Below, in pieces: positions 27,831-36,553 of a stretch of DNA of 64,000 nucleotides. The stretch is from Clostridia bacterium (GTDB lineage Bacteria; Bacillota; Clostridia; Oscillospirales; CAG-272): NCBI GenBank assembly GCA_017456545.1, contig JAFTJE010000007.1:14118-78117 (forward strand), given 5' to 3'. Made by a program: the position numbers and the translations under genes. How positions within the stretch are numbered: position 1 is the stretch's first letter; every line of letters starts with the position of its first letter. Under the pieces are notes generated by a model, which did not search any database, had not been told where the DNA came from, and saw nothing but the letters and a program-made list of their open reading frames with translations.

Positions 27831-28775
27831 TTATATCTTCATTGAAAGGGCAAGCTTTACCTTTTCGCAAATGCCTGCAGCATTGAGCTTATAATACTCA
27901 AGAAGCTCCTTTGCAGGACCGGACTTACCAAACTCGTCCTCTATGCCGTGGCGAACAACGGGAACGGGACAAACTCCGGCAAGTGTCTCACAAACGGCAC
28001 TGCCCAGACCTCCGATTATATTATGCTCCTCTGTGGTTACAATAGCACCTGTCTGCTGTGCAGAGGAAATAAGAATCTCCTTGTCTATGGGCTTGATGGT
28101 GTGGATATTGATAACAGCTGCGGAAATGCCCTCTGCAAGAAGCATCTCACGGGCGATAAGTGCCTGCTCTACCATTATACCTGTGGCAACAATTGTAACA
28201 TCACTGCCCTCTGCCATGTGGATACCCTTACCAATCTCGAATTTATATTCGGGCTTATCGTTTATAACGGATACGGCAAGTCTGCCAAAACGCATATACA
28301 CGGGACCTACATACTTAACAGCTGCCTCAACAGCACATCTTGCCTCTATGGCGTCGGAGGGATTGATTATTACCATACCGGGGATAGTACGCATAAGTCC
28401 GATATCCTCGTTACACTGATGTGTAGCTCCGTCCTCACCTACAGTTATACCTGCGTGGGTTGCTCCTATCTTTACATTAAGATGGGGATAGCCGATGGAG
28501 TTTCTCACCTGGTCAAAGCTCCTGCCGGCTGCAAACATAGCGAAGGTAGATGCAAAGGGAATCTTACCTGTTGTGGCAAGACCTGCCGCAACACCCATCA
28601 TATTATTTTCTGCTATACCGCAATCGAAAAATCTATCGGGAAATTTTTTCTTAAAGGTTATTGTCTTTGTAGCCTCTGCAAGGTCGGCATCCAATACAAC
28701 AACATCCTTATTCAAAGCACCAATCTCTGCAAGAGCATTACCGTATGCTTCTCTTGTTGCAATCTTATCTGCCAT
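27831..28775 (-). CDS. Transketolase, C-terminal (pyrimidine-binding) subunit
   Basis: 314 aa. ATREAYGNAL...FDCGIAENNMMGVAAGLA motifs; split-tkt arrangement. Confidence 0.9.
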   Translation of the reverse strand: MADKIATREAYGNALAEIGALNKDVVVLDADLAEATKTITFKKKFPDRFFDCGIAENNMMGVAAGLATTGKIPFASTFAMFAAGRSFDQVRNSIGYPHLNVKIGATHAGITVGEDGATHQCNEDIGLMRTIPGMVIINPSDAIEARCAVEAAVKYVGPVYMRFGRLAVSVINDKPEYKFEIGKGIHMAEGSDVTIVATGIMVEQALIAREMLLAEGISAAVINIHTIKPIDKEILISSAQQTGAIVTTEEHNIIGGLGSAVCETLAGVCPVPVVRHGIEDEFGKSGPAKELLEYYKLNAAGICEKVKLALSMKI

Positions 28776-28785
28776 ATCTATCTCC

Positions 28786-29622
28786 TTAATTCAATCCGTT
28801 TTTGTATTCGTTAAGCTCGGAAACAGCCTGCTCGTACTGCTCCTCATTAGGTGCCTTACCGTGCCAGCCTGCCTGGTCCTCCATAAAGGAAACGCCCTTA
28901 CCCTTGGTTGTTTTTGCCACAATTGCTGTGGGCTTACCCTTACATTCCTTAGCCTTAGCAAGAGCAGAAAGAATTTCCTCGATATTGCTTCCGTCAATTG
29001 TGATTACATTCCAGCCGAATGCCTCCAGCTTACTTTCATAGGGCATAGTGTTCATAACATCTGACACCTTACCGTCTATCTGCAAGCCGTTATTGTCAAT
29101 GATAAGGCAAAGATTGTCAAGCTTGTAATGAGCTGCGAACATTACAGCCTCCCATATCTGACCCTCCTGGCTCTCACCGTCGCCGATAAGCACATAGGTA
29201 CGGTAATCCCTTTCACTGATTTTTGCGGAAAGTGCCATTCCACAGCCTGCGGAAAAGCCCTGTCCCAGGGAGCCTGCCGACATATCTACACCCTTTATCG
29301 CCTTCATATCGGGGTGACCCTGTAAAAGTGCACCTGTGTGACGGAAGGACTTAAGCTCCTTCCTGTCAAAATATCCCTTTAATGCAAGGGTTGCATAAAG
29401 TCCGGGACAGGAGTGTCCCTTGGAAAGAATAAAGCGATCTCTGTTAGGGTCATCGGGTATTGCAGGATTTACATTAAGCTCTGAAAAGTAAAGACAAGCA
29501 AGAATATCTGCCGATGAAAGTGCTCCACCGGGGTGTCCACTCTTAGCACTGTAAACTGCCTCCACTATTCCCAGTCTGATTTCTGTCGCTATTTTTTTAA
29601 GTTCTATAATTTTGTTGTCCAT
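28786..29622 (-). CDS. Transketolase, N-terminal (TPP-binding) subunit
   Basis: The start at 29622 (MDNKIIELKK) has a GGAGGC RBS. SGHPGGALS, GDGESQEGQIWEA and ILSKGH motifs are present. Confidence 0.9.
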   Translation of the reverse strand: MDNKIIELKKIATEIRLGIVEAVYSAKSGHPGGALSSADILACLYFSELNVNPAIPDDPNRDRFILSKGHSCPGLYATLALKGYFDRKELKSFRHTGALLQGHPDMKAIKGVDMSAGSLGQGFSAGCGMALSAKISERDYRTYVLIGDGESQEGQIWEAVMFAAHYKLDNLCLIIDNNGLQIDGKVSDVMNTMPYESKLEAFGWNVITIDGSNIEEILSALAKAKECKGKPTAIVAKTTKGKGVSFMEDQAGWHGKAPNEEQYEQAVSELNEYKNGLN

Positions 29623-29663
29623 TGATAGCCTCCGGATACATTTAATTATGTGTAAGTGAAAAT

Positions 29664-29692
29664 ATTTTATCACTAAATACTTCTTTTGTCAA
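29664..29692 (-). promoter_or_regulatory. Predicted sigma-A promoter of the split transketolase genes
   Basis: On the minus strand: TTGACA (29692-29687), 17 nt, TAAAAT (29669-29664), with a TG extension. Confidence 0.6.
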
Positions 29693-29737
29693 GTTTATAA
29701 GGAATATAAAATTGCTGTAAATTAATTATTTTCATTA

Positions 29738-29766
29738 TTGACAAATATTCCAAATTATAGTATAAT
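29738..29766 (+). promoter_or_regulatory. Consensus sigma-A promoter upstream of the oadB-like leader
   Basis: TTGACA (29738-29743), 17 nt, TATAAT (29761-29766). Confidence 0.7.
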
Positions 29767-29772
29767 GTATTT

Positions 29773-29930
29773 GGCTCTTTACCAAAACTAAATAGTATTA
29801 AAAGGGAGTAGTTTGCACGGTATCGTGTTGGTATGCCCGTCAGTACGGCTTATGCCCGGGTTTACCATAGACCTTTGGTTTATTACAAGACTTTTAACAG
29901 AAGTTTGCTTTTGTTAGGGGTCTTTTTTAT
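29773..29930 (+). promoter_or_regulatory. Long structured 5' leader ending in an intrinsic terminator (candidate riboswitch or attenuator)
   Basis: About 185 nt separate the predicted TSS from the ATG at 29958. A 17-bp hairpin (29887-29903 with 29908-29924; 13 Watson-Crick plus 4 G-U pairs; loop TTTG) is followed by TTTT. It ends 28 nt before the RBS/ATG. Confidence 0.6.
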
Positions 29931-29957
29931 TACGATCAAGAAAAGAAAGGATTTTTT

Positions 29958-31106
29958 ATGGACGCTTTATTCAAAAACCTAATAGAGCTTGACGGTGGGC
30001 TCTTTGCCAAGCAGCTCGTAATGTGGGTTATCGGTGGTATCCTCATTTTCCTTGCTATTAAGAAGAAAATGGAGCCTACTCTCCTCCTCCCCATGGGCTT
30101 TGGTGCCATACTTATGAACCTCCCCAATAACGGAGAGCTTGTTGAAATGGGAGGTAAATTAGTGCCCGAGGGAGTTGCTACGGTTCTCGGTACACTTTAT
30201 GAGGCAGGTATTGCCAATGAGCTGTTCCCCCTCATTCTCTTTATCGGTATCGGAGCTATGATAGACTTCGGTCCCATACTTTCCAACCCCAAGCTGATGA
30301 TATTCGGTGCAGCTGCACAGTTTGGTATTTTTATGACCCTTTCATTAGCTTCTCTCTTTAATTTTGATTTCAATCAGGCAGCGTCTATCGCTATTATCGG
30401 TGCGGCAGACGGTCCCACATCCATCGTAGTTGCAACTCAGCTTGCTCCCGGTCTGCTCGGTCCTATTACAGTTGCGGCATACTCCTATATGGCTCTTGTT
30501 CCCGTTGTACAGCCTCCTATTATCAAGCTCTGCACAACTAAAAAGGAACGCCGTATCAGAATGCCCTACAATCCCGCAAGCGTTTCTAAATTTACAAGAA
30601 TCCTGTTCCCCATTATTGTAACTGTTATCACAGGTCTTCTTGCACCCGGTGCAGTTGCTCTCGTTGGCTTCCTTATGTTCGGTAACCTCCTTCGTGAGTG
30701 TGGCGTTCTTGAATCCCTTTCCGAAACAGCACAGAAGGTTCTTGCAAATCTTGTAACCCTCTTCCTCGGTATTACCGTTGCCTTTACGATGACTGCAGAG
30801 CAGTTTGTAAACTGGGGCACAGTTCTTATCCTCGGTCTCGGTCTCTTTGCCTTCGTATTCGACACCTTCGGCGGTATTATGATTGCAAAGCTTATGAACC
30901 TGTTTCTCCCCGAGGGAAAGAAGATCAATCCCATGATCGGTGCTGCCGGCATTTCCGCATTCCCCATGTCTGCAAGAATAGTTAATAAGATAGGTCTTGA
31001 GGAGGACAACCAGAACTTCCTTCTCGTACACTCCATCGGTGCAAATGTATCGGGACAGATAGGCTCCGTTATTGCAGGTGGACTTATACTAAACTTCTTC
31101 TTATAA
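29958..31106 (+). CDS. Sodium ion-translocating decarboxylase, beta subunit (OadB/GcdB/MmdB family)
   Basis: 382 aa polytopic membrane protein. The segments GIGAMIDFGPILSNP, IIGAADGPTSI and IGAAGISAFPMSAR are typical of the OAD_beta family. Confidence 0.85.
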   Translation: MDALFKNLIELDGGLFAKQLVMWVIGGILIFLAIKKKMEPTLLLPMGFGAILMNLPNNGELVEMGGKLVPEGVATVLGTLYEAGIANELFPLILFIGIGAMIDFGPILSNPKLMIFGAAAQFGIFMTLSLASLFNFDFNQAASIAIIGAADGPTSIVVATQLAPGLLGPITVAAYSYMALVPVVQPPIIKLCTTKKERRIRMPYNPASVSKFTRILFPIIVTVITGLLAPGAVALVGFLMFGNLLRECGVLESLSETAQKVLANLVTLFLGITVAFTMTAEQFVNWGTVLILGLGLFAFVFDTFGGIMIAKLMNLFLPEGKKINPMIGAAGISAFPMSARIVNKIGLEEDNQNFLLVHSIGANVSGQIGSVIAGGLILNFFL

Positions 31107-31121
31107 TGAAAGGCGGTAAAT

Positions 31122-31268
31122 ATGGAAAATTACGAATTTGCTATAAATTTTGATAACTTTTTGAAATCCTTTGAATATATGGGCTTCGGTATGCTCGGTA
31201 TATTCCTTGTAATGGGTATTCTTATAGGCTTTATAGTTGCCCTTAACAGAATCAGATTCTTAAAATAA
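31122..31268 (+). CDS. Small OadG-like membrane protein (48 aa; below the ORF-track cutoff)
   Basis: ATG at 31122, 15 nt after the oadB stop, with an AAGGCGG RBS-like sequence upstream. Sequence MENYEFAINFDNFLKSFEYMGFGMLGIFLVMGILIGFIVALNRIRFLK has a single TM helix resembling the decarboxylase gamma/OadG family. Confidence 0.45.
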   Translation: MENYEFAINFDNFLKSFEYMGFGMLGIFLVMGILIGFIVALNRIRFLK

Positions 31269-31280
31269 TCCTGTAAAATG

Positions 31281-31312
31281 AAAAATCCCGACACAGTGTC
31301 GGGATTTTTTTG
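31281..31312. terminator. Bidirectional palindromic terminator
   Basis: AAAAATCCCGACAC-AG-TGTCGGGATTTTT between convergent genes. Confidence 0.75.
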
Positions 31313-31313
31313 T

Positions 31314-31913
31314 TTATTTATGTTTTTTTCTTCTGAAAAACAGCGAGGCAATCCATAAAATGTACAAGGAAAATGCAGGTATAAGTATCCAAAGAAGAAC
31401 GGGGGCATTTACCCTTATCTCGGTAATGGGCACGCTTGATGTCACATGGGAAAGAATAACGGCCTCTATCTCTATCTCTGCAGGGATGTAGCATTCCATA
31501 ACCGTATATTCATCCGTATCAAGTGTACAGTAGTATTCATCATACCCCTTTTTCATTGTCTTCGTTATAGGCTCATTGGAGGAAAGACCTGAATTTTTAC
31601 TACCGTACGCCAATTTTATGTCACAATCCTCGTCAAATGTATCCTTGAATATTATTCTTACATCGTTTATTTCCCTGTCCCTCGGTACGGGCAGAACAAG
31701 ATATGCATCCTCTTCCACGGGGGTAAGTATATTCCCGTTTTTTTCATATCCTACGGGATACACGCTGTTACCCGAAACGGTAACGGAGTAATCATGGGCT
31801 ATCTCTCTGCCCTCTACCTGATATATTCCCATGGGTAGAGCTATACAAATGCATAAAATCAGACACAGGGTAGGTATTATTACTTGTAAATTTTTCTTTA
31901 TAAGGCTTTTCAT
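31314..31913 (-). CDS. Hypothetical bitopic membrane protein
   Basis: 199 aa with N-terminal and C-terminal hydrophobic helices. A TTGACA-17-TATACT promoter lies upstream on the minus strand. Confidence 0.5.
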   Translation of the reverse strand: MKSLIKKNLQVIIPTLCLILCICIALPMGIYQVEGREIAHDYSVTVSGNSVYPVGYEKNGNILTPVEEDAYLVLPVPRDREINDVRIIFKDTFDEDCDIKLAYGSKNSGLSSNEPITKTMKKGYDEYYCTLDTDEYTVMECYIPAEIEIEAVILSHVTSSVPITEIRVNAPVLLWILIPAFSLYILWIASLFFRRKKHK

Positions 31914-32108
31914 AGAGTATTACTGCTGTCCTTCCTCTTTTTTCTATCTAAGTATATCATTTTTTTCGCCTTTTGTCAACAAACAGAATTTACGCATTTC
32001 TGTACGATGTGTTAAATATTATTAAATTATAATATTTTTCTTGAATAGATAAAAAAAGTGTGATACAATGATATAATAAGACAATTATGCTTGGCAGAAA
32101 GGATACTT

Positions 32109-33032
32109 ATGAAGGTTATCGGTATTGTGGGACCTACGGCTGTCGGCAAGACCTCCCTTGCTGTCAGATTGGCAAAAAAATATAACGGGGAGGTAATCTC
32201 CTGTGATTCTATGCAGGTTTACAGAGGTATGGATATCGGTACTGCAAAAATCACAAGGGAGGAGACCTGTGGTATTACCCATCACCTTATAGATATTTTA
32301 GACCCTGAGGAGTCCTTCTCCTGTGCTGACTATGCTATCTGTGCAAAAAGAATAGCAGACGATATAATTTCCCGAGGTAAGGTTCCGATTTTCTGTGGAG
32401 GCACCGGACTGTATCTTGACAGCGTATTGGAAATATCCTCCTTTGGTGAGGCTGAGATAGACGAGGAATACAGACACGCTATGGAGGAGCTTGCAAGGGA
32501 GCAGGGTCCGGAGGCTCTCCATAATATGCTGAGAGAGGTGGACCCCGTAAGTGCCGATGCCATCCACTGTAACAATGTGAAAAGAGTTATCCGTGCCTTG
32601 GAAATATACAAAAGCACAGGCAGACCCAAAAGCGAGATAGACAGGGAAAATAAAATGACCCCCCCTCCCTACGACTCCAAGGTATTCTTTCTTACCTGTG
32701 AGGACAAGGAGCTTCTCTACTCAAGAATAGAGAAACGGGTTGATATTATGATGGATACGGGTCTCCTTGACGAGGTGCGTAGGCTATACCTGTCAGGAGT
32801 CTTTGAAAGGTCGAAAACAGCATCGGGAGCTATCGGCTACAAGGAGCTTATTCCCTATATTAAGGGTGAGGCTACCCTTGAGGAGTGTATAAATCAGCTC
32901 AAATTATCCACCCGTCATTACGCAAAACGCCAGCTTACCTGGTTCAACAGAAAAAATAATTACATAAGGGTTTTTGTCGATAAGACAGACCCCTATGAGG
33001 AGGCAGCTTCCCACATTGGAGAATGGCTATGA
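32109..33032 (+). CDS. miaA: tRNA dimethylallyltransferase
   Basis: Start at 32109 (MKVIGIVGPTAVGKTSL P-loop). DSMQVYRGMDIGTAK motif. Confidence 0.92.
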   Translation: MKVIGIVGPTAVGKTSLAVRLAKKYNGEVISCDSMQVYRGMDIGTAKITREETCGITHHLIDILDPEESFSCADYAICAKRIADDIISRGKVPIFCGGTGLYLDSVLEISSFGEAEIDEEYRHAMEELAREQGPEALHNMLREVDPVSADAIHCNNVKRVIRALEIYKSTGRPKSEIDRENKMTPPPYDSKVFFLTCEDKELLYSRIEKRVDIMMDTGLLDEVRRLYLSGVFERSKTASGAIGYKELIPYIKGEATLEECINQLKLSTRHYAKRQLTWFNRKNNYIRVFVDKTDPYEEAASHIGEWL

Positions 33033-33703
33033 CAAAGGAACAGTTAAAAACAAATTACGAAAGCACCCTTGCCAAAATCAGAGAGCTTGATAAGGACGGC
33101 AGGGTAAGGCTTCTTATCGCTACAAAGACCCAGAGTGCCGAGGATATAAATTATCTTATTTCCTTGGGTGCCGACATAATCGGCGAGAACAGAGTAAATG
33201 AGGTCAGAGAAAAATATGACTCCCTTGACAAGAGTGCCTCTCTGCATCTTATAGGCACACTGCAGAAAAACAAGGTAAAATACATCTATGACAAGGTGGA
33301 TATGATACACTCCCTTGATTCTCTGTCCTTAGCAGAGGAGATAAACAGGCGTTGTGCCCCAATCGGCAAGGTTATGGATGTGCTGATAGAGGTAAACAGT
33401 GGAAGAGAGGCTGCCAAAGGCGGTATTTTGCCCGAGGATGTGGAGGAATTTTACGCTTCTCTCTCGGCTTATCCAAGCATCCGTGTAAGAGGTCTTATGA
33501 CCATGGCACCGAGATGCGAGACCAAGGCAGAATATATGAAATATTTTTCCTTAACCAAGGAAATTTTTGATAAATTATTTAAGAATGAAGATGACGCTAT
33601 CCTATCTATGGGTATGAGTGAAAGCTATCTGTACGCCATTGAGGCAGGAGCTAACCTTGTAAGAGTGGGCAGTGCCATTTTCGGAGAAAGGAAGTATTTA
33701 TAA
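33023..33703 (+). CDS. yggS: YggS-family pyridoxal-phosphate homeostasis protein
   Basis: 226 aa. LIATKTQS, HLIGTLQKNK and LSMGMS motifs. Confidence 0.88.
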   Translation: MAMTKEQLKTNYESTLAKIRELDKDGRVRLLIATKTQSAEDINYLISLGADIIGENRVNEVREKYDSLDKSASLHLIGTLQKNKVKYIYDKVDMIHSLDSLSLAEEINRRCAPIGKVMDVLIEVNSGREAAKGGILPEDVEEFYASLSAYPSIRVRGLMTMAPRCETKAEYMKYFSLTKEIFDKLFKNEDDAILSMGMSESYLYAIEAGANLVRVGSAIFGERKYL

Positions 33704-34092
33704 TGGGATTTTTTTCAAGATTCAAAAAATATGAAGAGGTCGATTACGACGACGAGATAATCGAGGAAGAGGAAATAACCAAGGATAATGCCAGCATTTC
33801 CTTAGGCGGTGGCAACATTGAGCTTAAGCTTATTAAGCCTGCTACCTTTGAGGACCTGCTCAAGGCTGTGGACTACCTCAAGGAGGGTAAGACAGTTCTT
33901 CTCAATCTCGAAACGACAGAAAAGGCTCTCCTTCGCAGAATGATAGACTTTATCAGCGGTGCGGCGTACGCCCTCGACGCCAATATCAAGCAGGCTACAA
34001 ACGACTCCTACTTCATCGCACCCTCCAAGGTGGATGTAGGTGGCGAAATATTCAACAAGCACCGTGACGAAGATATGTTCACGGATCTTTAA
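33703..34092 (+). CDS. sepF: Cell division protein SepF
   Basis: 129 aa. The C-terminal core is KEGKTVLLNLE...RRMIDFISGAAYALDANI. Located in a yggS-sepF-yggT context. Confidence 0.88.
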   Translation: MGFFSRFKKYEEVDYDDEIIEEEEITKDNASISLGGGNIELKLIKPATFEDLLKAVDYLKEGKTVLLNLETTEKALLRRMIDFISGAAYALDANIKQATNDSYFIAPSKVDVGGEIFNKHRDEDMFTDL

Positions 34093-34101
34093 GAGACAGC
34101 T

Positions 34102-34368
34102 ATGTTAATATTTGTATCAATAATTTTATCCCTTATATCTGTATACGAGCTTATTCTAATAGCCAGAGCTATCTGCTCCTGGGTTCCCTATTTTCAGGAA
34201 TCCCGAGTTTATGAATTTGCTTTTATGCTGACAGAGCCTGTTTTAAGGCCTATCCGTGATTTTCTTTTGAGATTTGACATATTCAGACGGTGCCCAATAG
34301 ATTTTTCTATGATTTTTCTGTTTATCTTAATGAGCATCGGCTCCCGTCTTTTGATATTTCTTGTTTAG
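34102..34368 (+). CDS. yggT: YggT family membrane protein
   Basis: 88 aa, two TM helices, conserved context after sepF. Confidence 0.8.
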   Translation: MLIFVSIILSLISVYELILIARAICSWVPYFQESRVYEFAFMLTEPVLRPIRDFLLRFDIFRRCPIDFSMIFLFILMSIGSRLLIFLV

Positions 34369-34376
34369 GAGGAGCT

Positions 34377-34907
34377 ATGAAATCGCTAATAATTTTAATA
34401 TCAACAATTGCGTCCTCCATAGGCGTCGACCAGCTTATCAAATGGCTTGTTCGCAGTAATATGCTGGTTGGACAGACAATTCCCGTTATTGACGATATTT
34501 TCCATATCACTTATATCAGAAACGAGGGGGCTGCCTTTGGTATTCTCTCCGAGCACAGATGGGTATTTATGACCTTTTCCACCATTGCAATCATTGCTAT
34601 CGGCGTGTACCTTTTCAAATTCTGTGAGGAGACCCTGTTCACAAAAATAGGTCTTGCCCTGATTGTGGGTGGGGGTATCGGAAATATGATAGACCGTATT
34701 ATCCTCAAATATGTGGTGGATATGATAGACTGTCGGTTTATAGATTTTTACATCTTCAATTTTGCAGACTGTTGCGTTTGTGTAGGCTCCGGAATGGTTA
34801 TTCTCGGACTTATACACTCCTTTGCCAAGGATATAAAGAAAAAGAGGGCAAAGGAAGCCAACGCCCCTGACGGAGAGCAGGAAAACAATGAAGATACAGG
34901 ATGCTGA
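34377..34907 (+). CDS. lspA: Lipoprotein signal peptidase II
   Basis: The start at 34377 has an AGGAGGAG RBS. NEGAAFG and FNFAD motifs. Confidence 0.88.
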   Translation: MKSLIILISTIASSIGVDQLIKWLVRSNMLVGQTIPVIDDIFHITYIRNEGAAFGILSEHRWVFMTFSTIAIIAIGVYLFKFCEETLFTKIGLALIVGGGIGNMIDRIILKYVVDMIDCRFIDFYIFNFADCCVCVGSGMVILGLIHSFAKDIKKKRAKEANAPDGEQENNEDTGC

Positions 34908-35805
34908 TGTAAAAAAACGCCTTGATGTGTTTGTTTCCGAGGCTCAGGGCGTTACCCGTTCCCATGCTCAGGGAATGATAGATGACGGGCTTGTCCTTGT
35001 AAACGGCAGGGTGGAGGCGAAGAATTACAAGCTCCGTGCAGGGGATGAAATCGAGACAATGGAGGAGGAGGCAGAGCTCCTCTCGGCAGAGGCAGAAAAT
35101 ATCCCCCTTGACATTGTTTATGAGGATGAGCATATAATAGTTGTAAATAAGCCCTCGGGTATGGTGGTTCACCCTGCTCCGGGCAATCCCAACGGAACGC
35201 TTGTAAACGCACTTATGTACCACTGTAAGGGCTCTCTTTCAGCAATTAACGGAATTATACGCCCGGGTATTGTCCATAGGATAGATAAGGACACCTCGGG
35301 GCTTCTTGTGGTAGCAAAAAACGATGACGCACATATTTTTTTGTCATCACTTCTCAAGGACCACGGTATAAAGAGGGTGTATCACGCTATTGTAACGGGT
35401 CATTTCAAAGCCGACACGGGTACTGTAAATGCACCTATTGGCAGATGTCCCTCCGACAGAAAAAGGATGGCTGTTATTGCAGGAGGCAGGGAGGCTGTTA
35501 CCCACTATTCCACAGTATGTGAGTATAAATCCTTTACCCACGCCAAAATGGAGCTTGAAACAGGCAGAACCCATCAGATAAGAGTGCATATGAGTCATAT
35601 AGGTCATCCGATTATCGGTGACACGGTCTACGGAGGAGGGAAAACCCCCTTTGAAAAGGCAAATGCCGGCCTTTTGAGTGGTCAGTGTCTCCACGCTAAG
35701 GAGCTTATTTTTCCACATCCCGTGACAAAGGAAATAATGCATTTTGAAACAGACCTGCCAAAGGAATTTATTTCTCTTATTGAAAAGCTGAAATGTCTTA
35801 GCTAA
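34888..35805 (+). CDS. rluD: RluA/RluD-family 23S rRNA pseudouridine synthase
   Basis: S4 domain followed by the HRIDKDTSGLLVVAKN catalytic motif. Confidence 0.88.
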   Translation: MKIQDADVKKRLDVFVSEAQGVTRSHAQGMIDDGLVLVNGRVEAKNYKLRAGDEIETMEEEAELLSAEAENIPLDIVYEDEHIIVVNKPSGMVVHPAPGNPNGTLVNALMYHCKGSLSAINGIIRPGIVHRIDKDTSGLLVVAKNDDAHIFLSSLLKDHGIKRVYHAIVTGHFKADTGTVNAPIGRCPSDRKRMAVIAGGREAVTHYSTVCEYKSFTHAKMELETGRTHQIRVHMSHIGHPIIGDTVYGGGKTPFEKANAGLLSGQCLHAKELIFPHPVTKEIMHFETDLPKEFISLIEKLKCLS

Positions 35806-35815
35806 GGAGGCTATC

Positions 35816-36544
35816 GTGACTGAATTTTCAAAAAAACTGATATCGGTAGCCGAGCTTAATGAGGCTACAAGGGGCTTAATTAACGAGGAAAGTGCCAATA
35901 AATTTATGGAGTTTACCTCCCATATGCTTAAGGTGAATGAGGTTATGAATCTCACTGCAATCCGTGACATAGACGGTGTTATTCTCAAGCACATTGTAGA
36001 CTCCTGTGCCATTGTCCCCTACATAAAGGAAAACGCAAAAATTGCAGATATCGGCTGTGGTGGTGGCTTTCCTACCTTCCCTATTGCTATTTTGAGGGGG
36101 GATGTGTCGATTTTAGCAGTTGACAGCGTTACAAAAAAGGTGGATTATGTAAAAAGCACAAAGGAGCTTTTTCACCTTGATAAAATATCTGTTTCCAACA
36201 GGCGTGCCGAGGACCTTGGCAAGGACAAGGCGTACCGTGAGAGCTTTGATACCGTTTGTGCCCGTGCTGTAGGAAGGCTCAATCTTCTTTGTGAGCTTTG
36301 TATCCCTCTTGTAAGACCGGGGGGCGTGTTTATCGCCATGAAATCAAAAACAACCGACAATGAGCTTGAGGAGGCAAAAAACGCTATCGAGCTTCTCGGT
36401 GGCTTTTGCGAAAGGGTAATAAATTACACCCTCACCGACGGAAACGAAACCCTTGAACGCACAATGATTATTATAAGAAAACAGACACTTACCCCGACAA
36501 AATATCCCAGAAACAACTCCCAGATTTCAAAAAAACCACTTTAA
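35816..36544 (+). CDS. rsmG: 16S rRNA (guanine527-N7)-methyltransferase
   Basis: GTG start with an AAGGAGG RBS. DIGCGGGFPTFPIAI SAM motif. Confidence 0.88.
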   Translation: MTEFSKKLISVAELNEATRGLINEESANKFMEFTSHMLKVNEVMNLTAIRDIDGVILKHIVDSCAIVPYIKENAKIADIGCGGGFPTFPIAILRGDVSILAVDSVTKKVDYVKSTKELFHLDKISVSNRRAEDLGKDKAYRESFDTVCARAVGRLNLLCELCIPLVRPGGVFIAMKSKTTDNELEEAKNAIELLGGFCERVINYTLTDGNETLERTMIIIRKQTLTPTKYPRNNSQISKKPL

Positions 36545-36553
36545 GGAGGCACA

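Noticed and set aside
34290-34376. The ORF track gives upstream extensions for lspA (34290), atpF (44916), miaA (32091), queA (38316), the sigma factor (25333), the enoate reductase (21275), tkt-N (29673), the histidine phosphatase (50984) and the LUD gene (15767).
   Set aside because: In each case an internal ATG is preceded by a GGAGG-type RBS and matches the conserved N-terminus of the family. The extensions overlap upstream genes or terminators.
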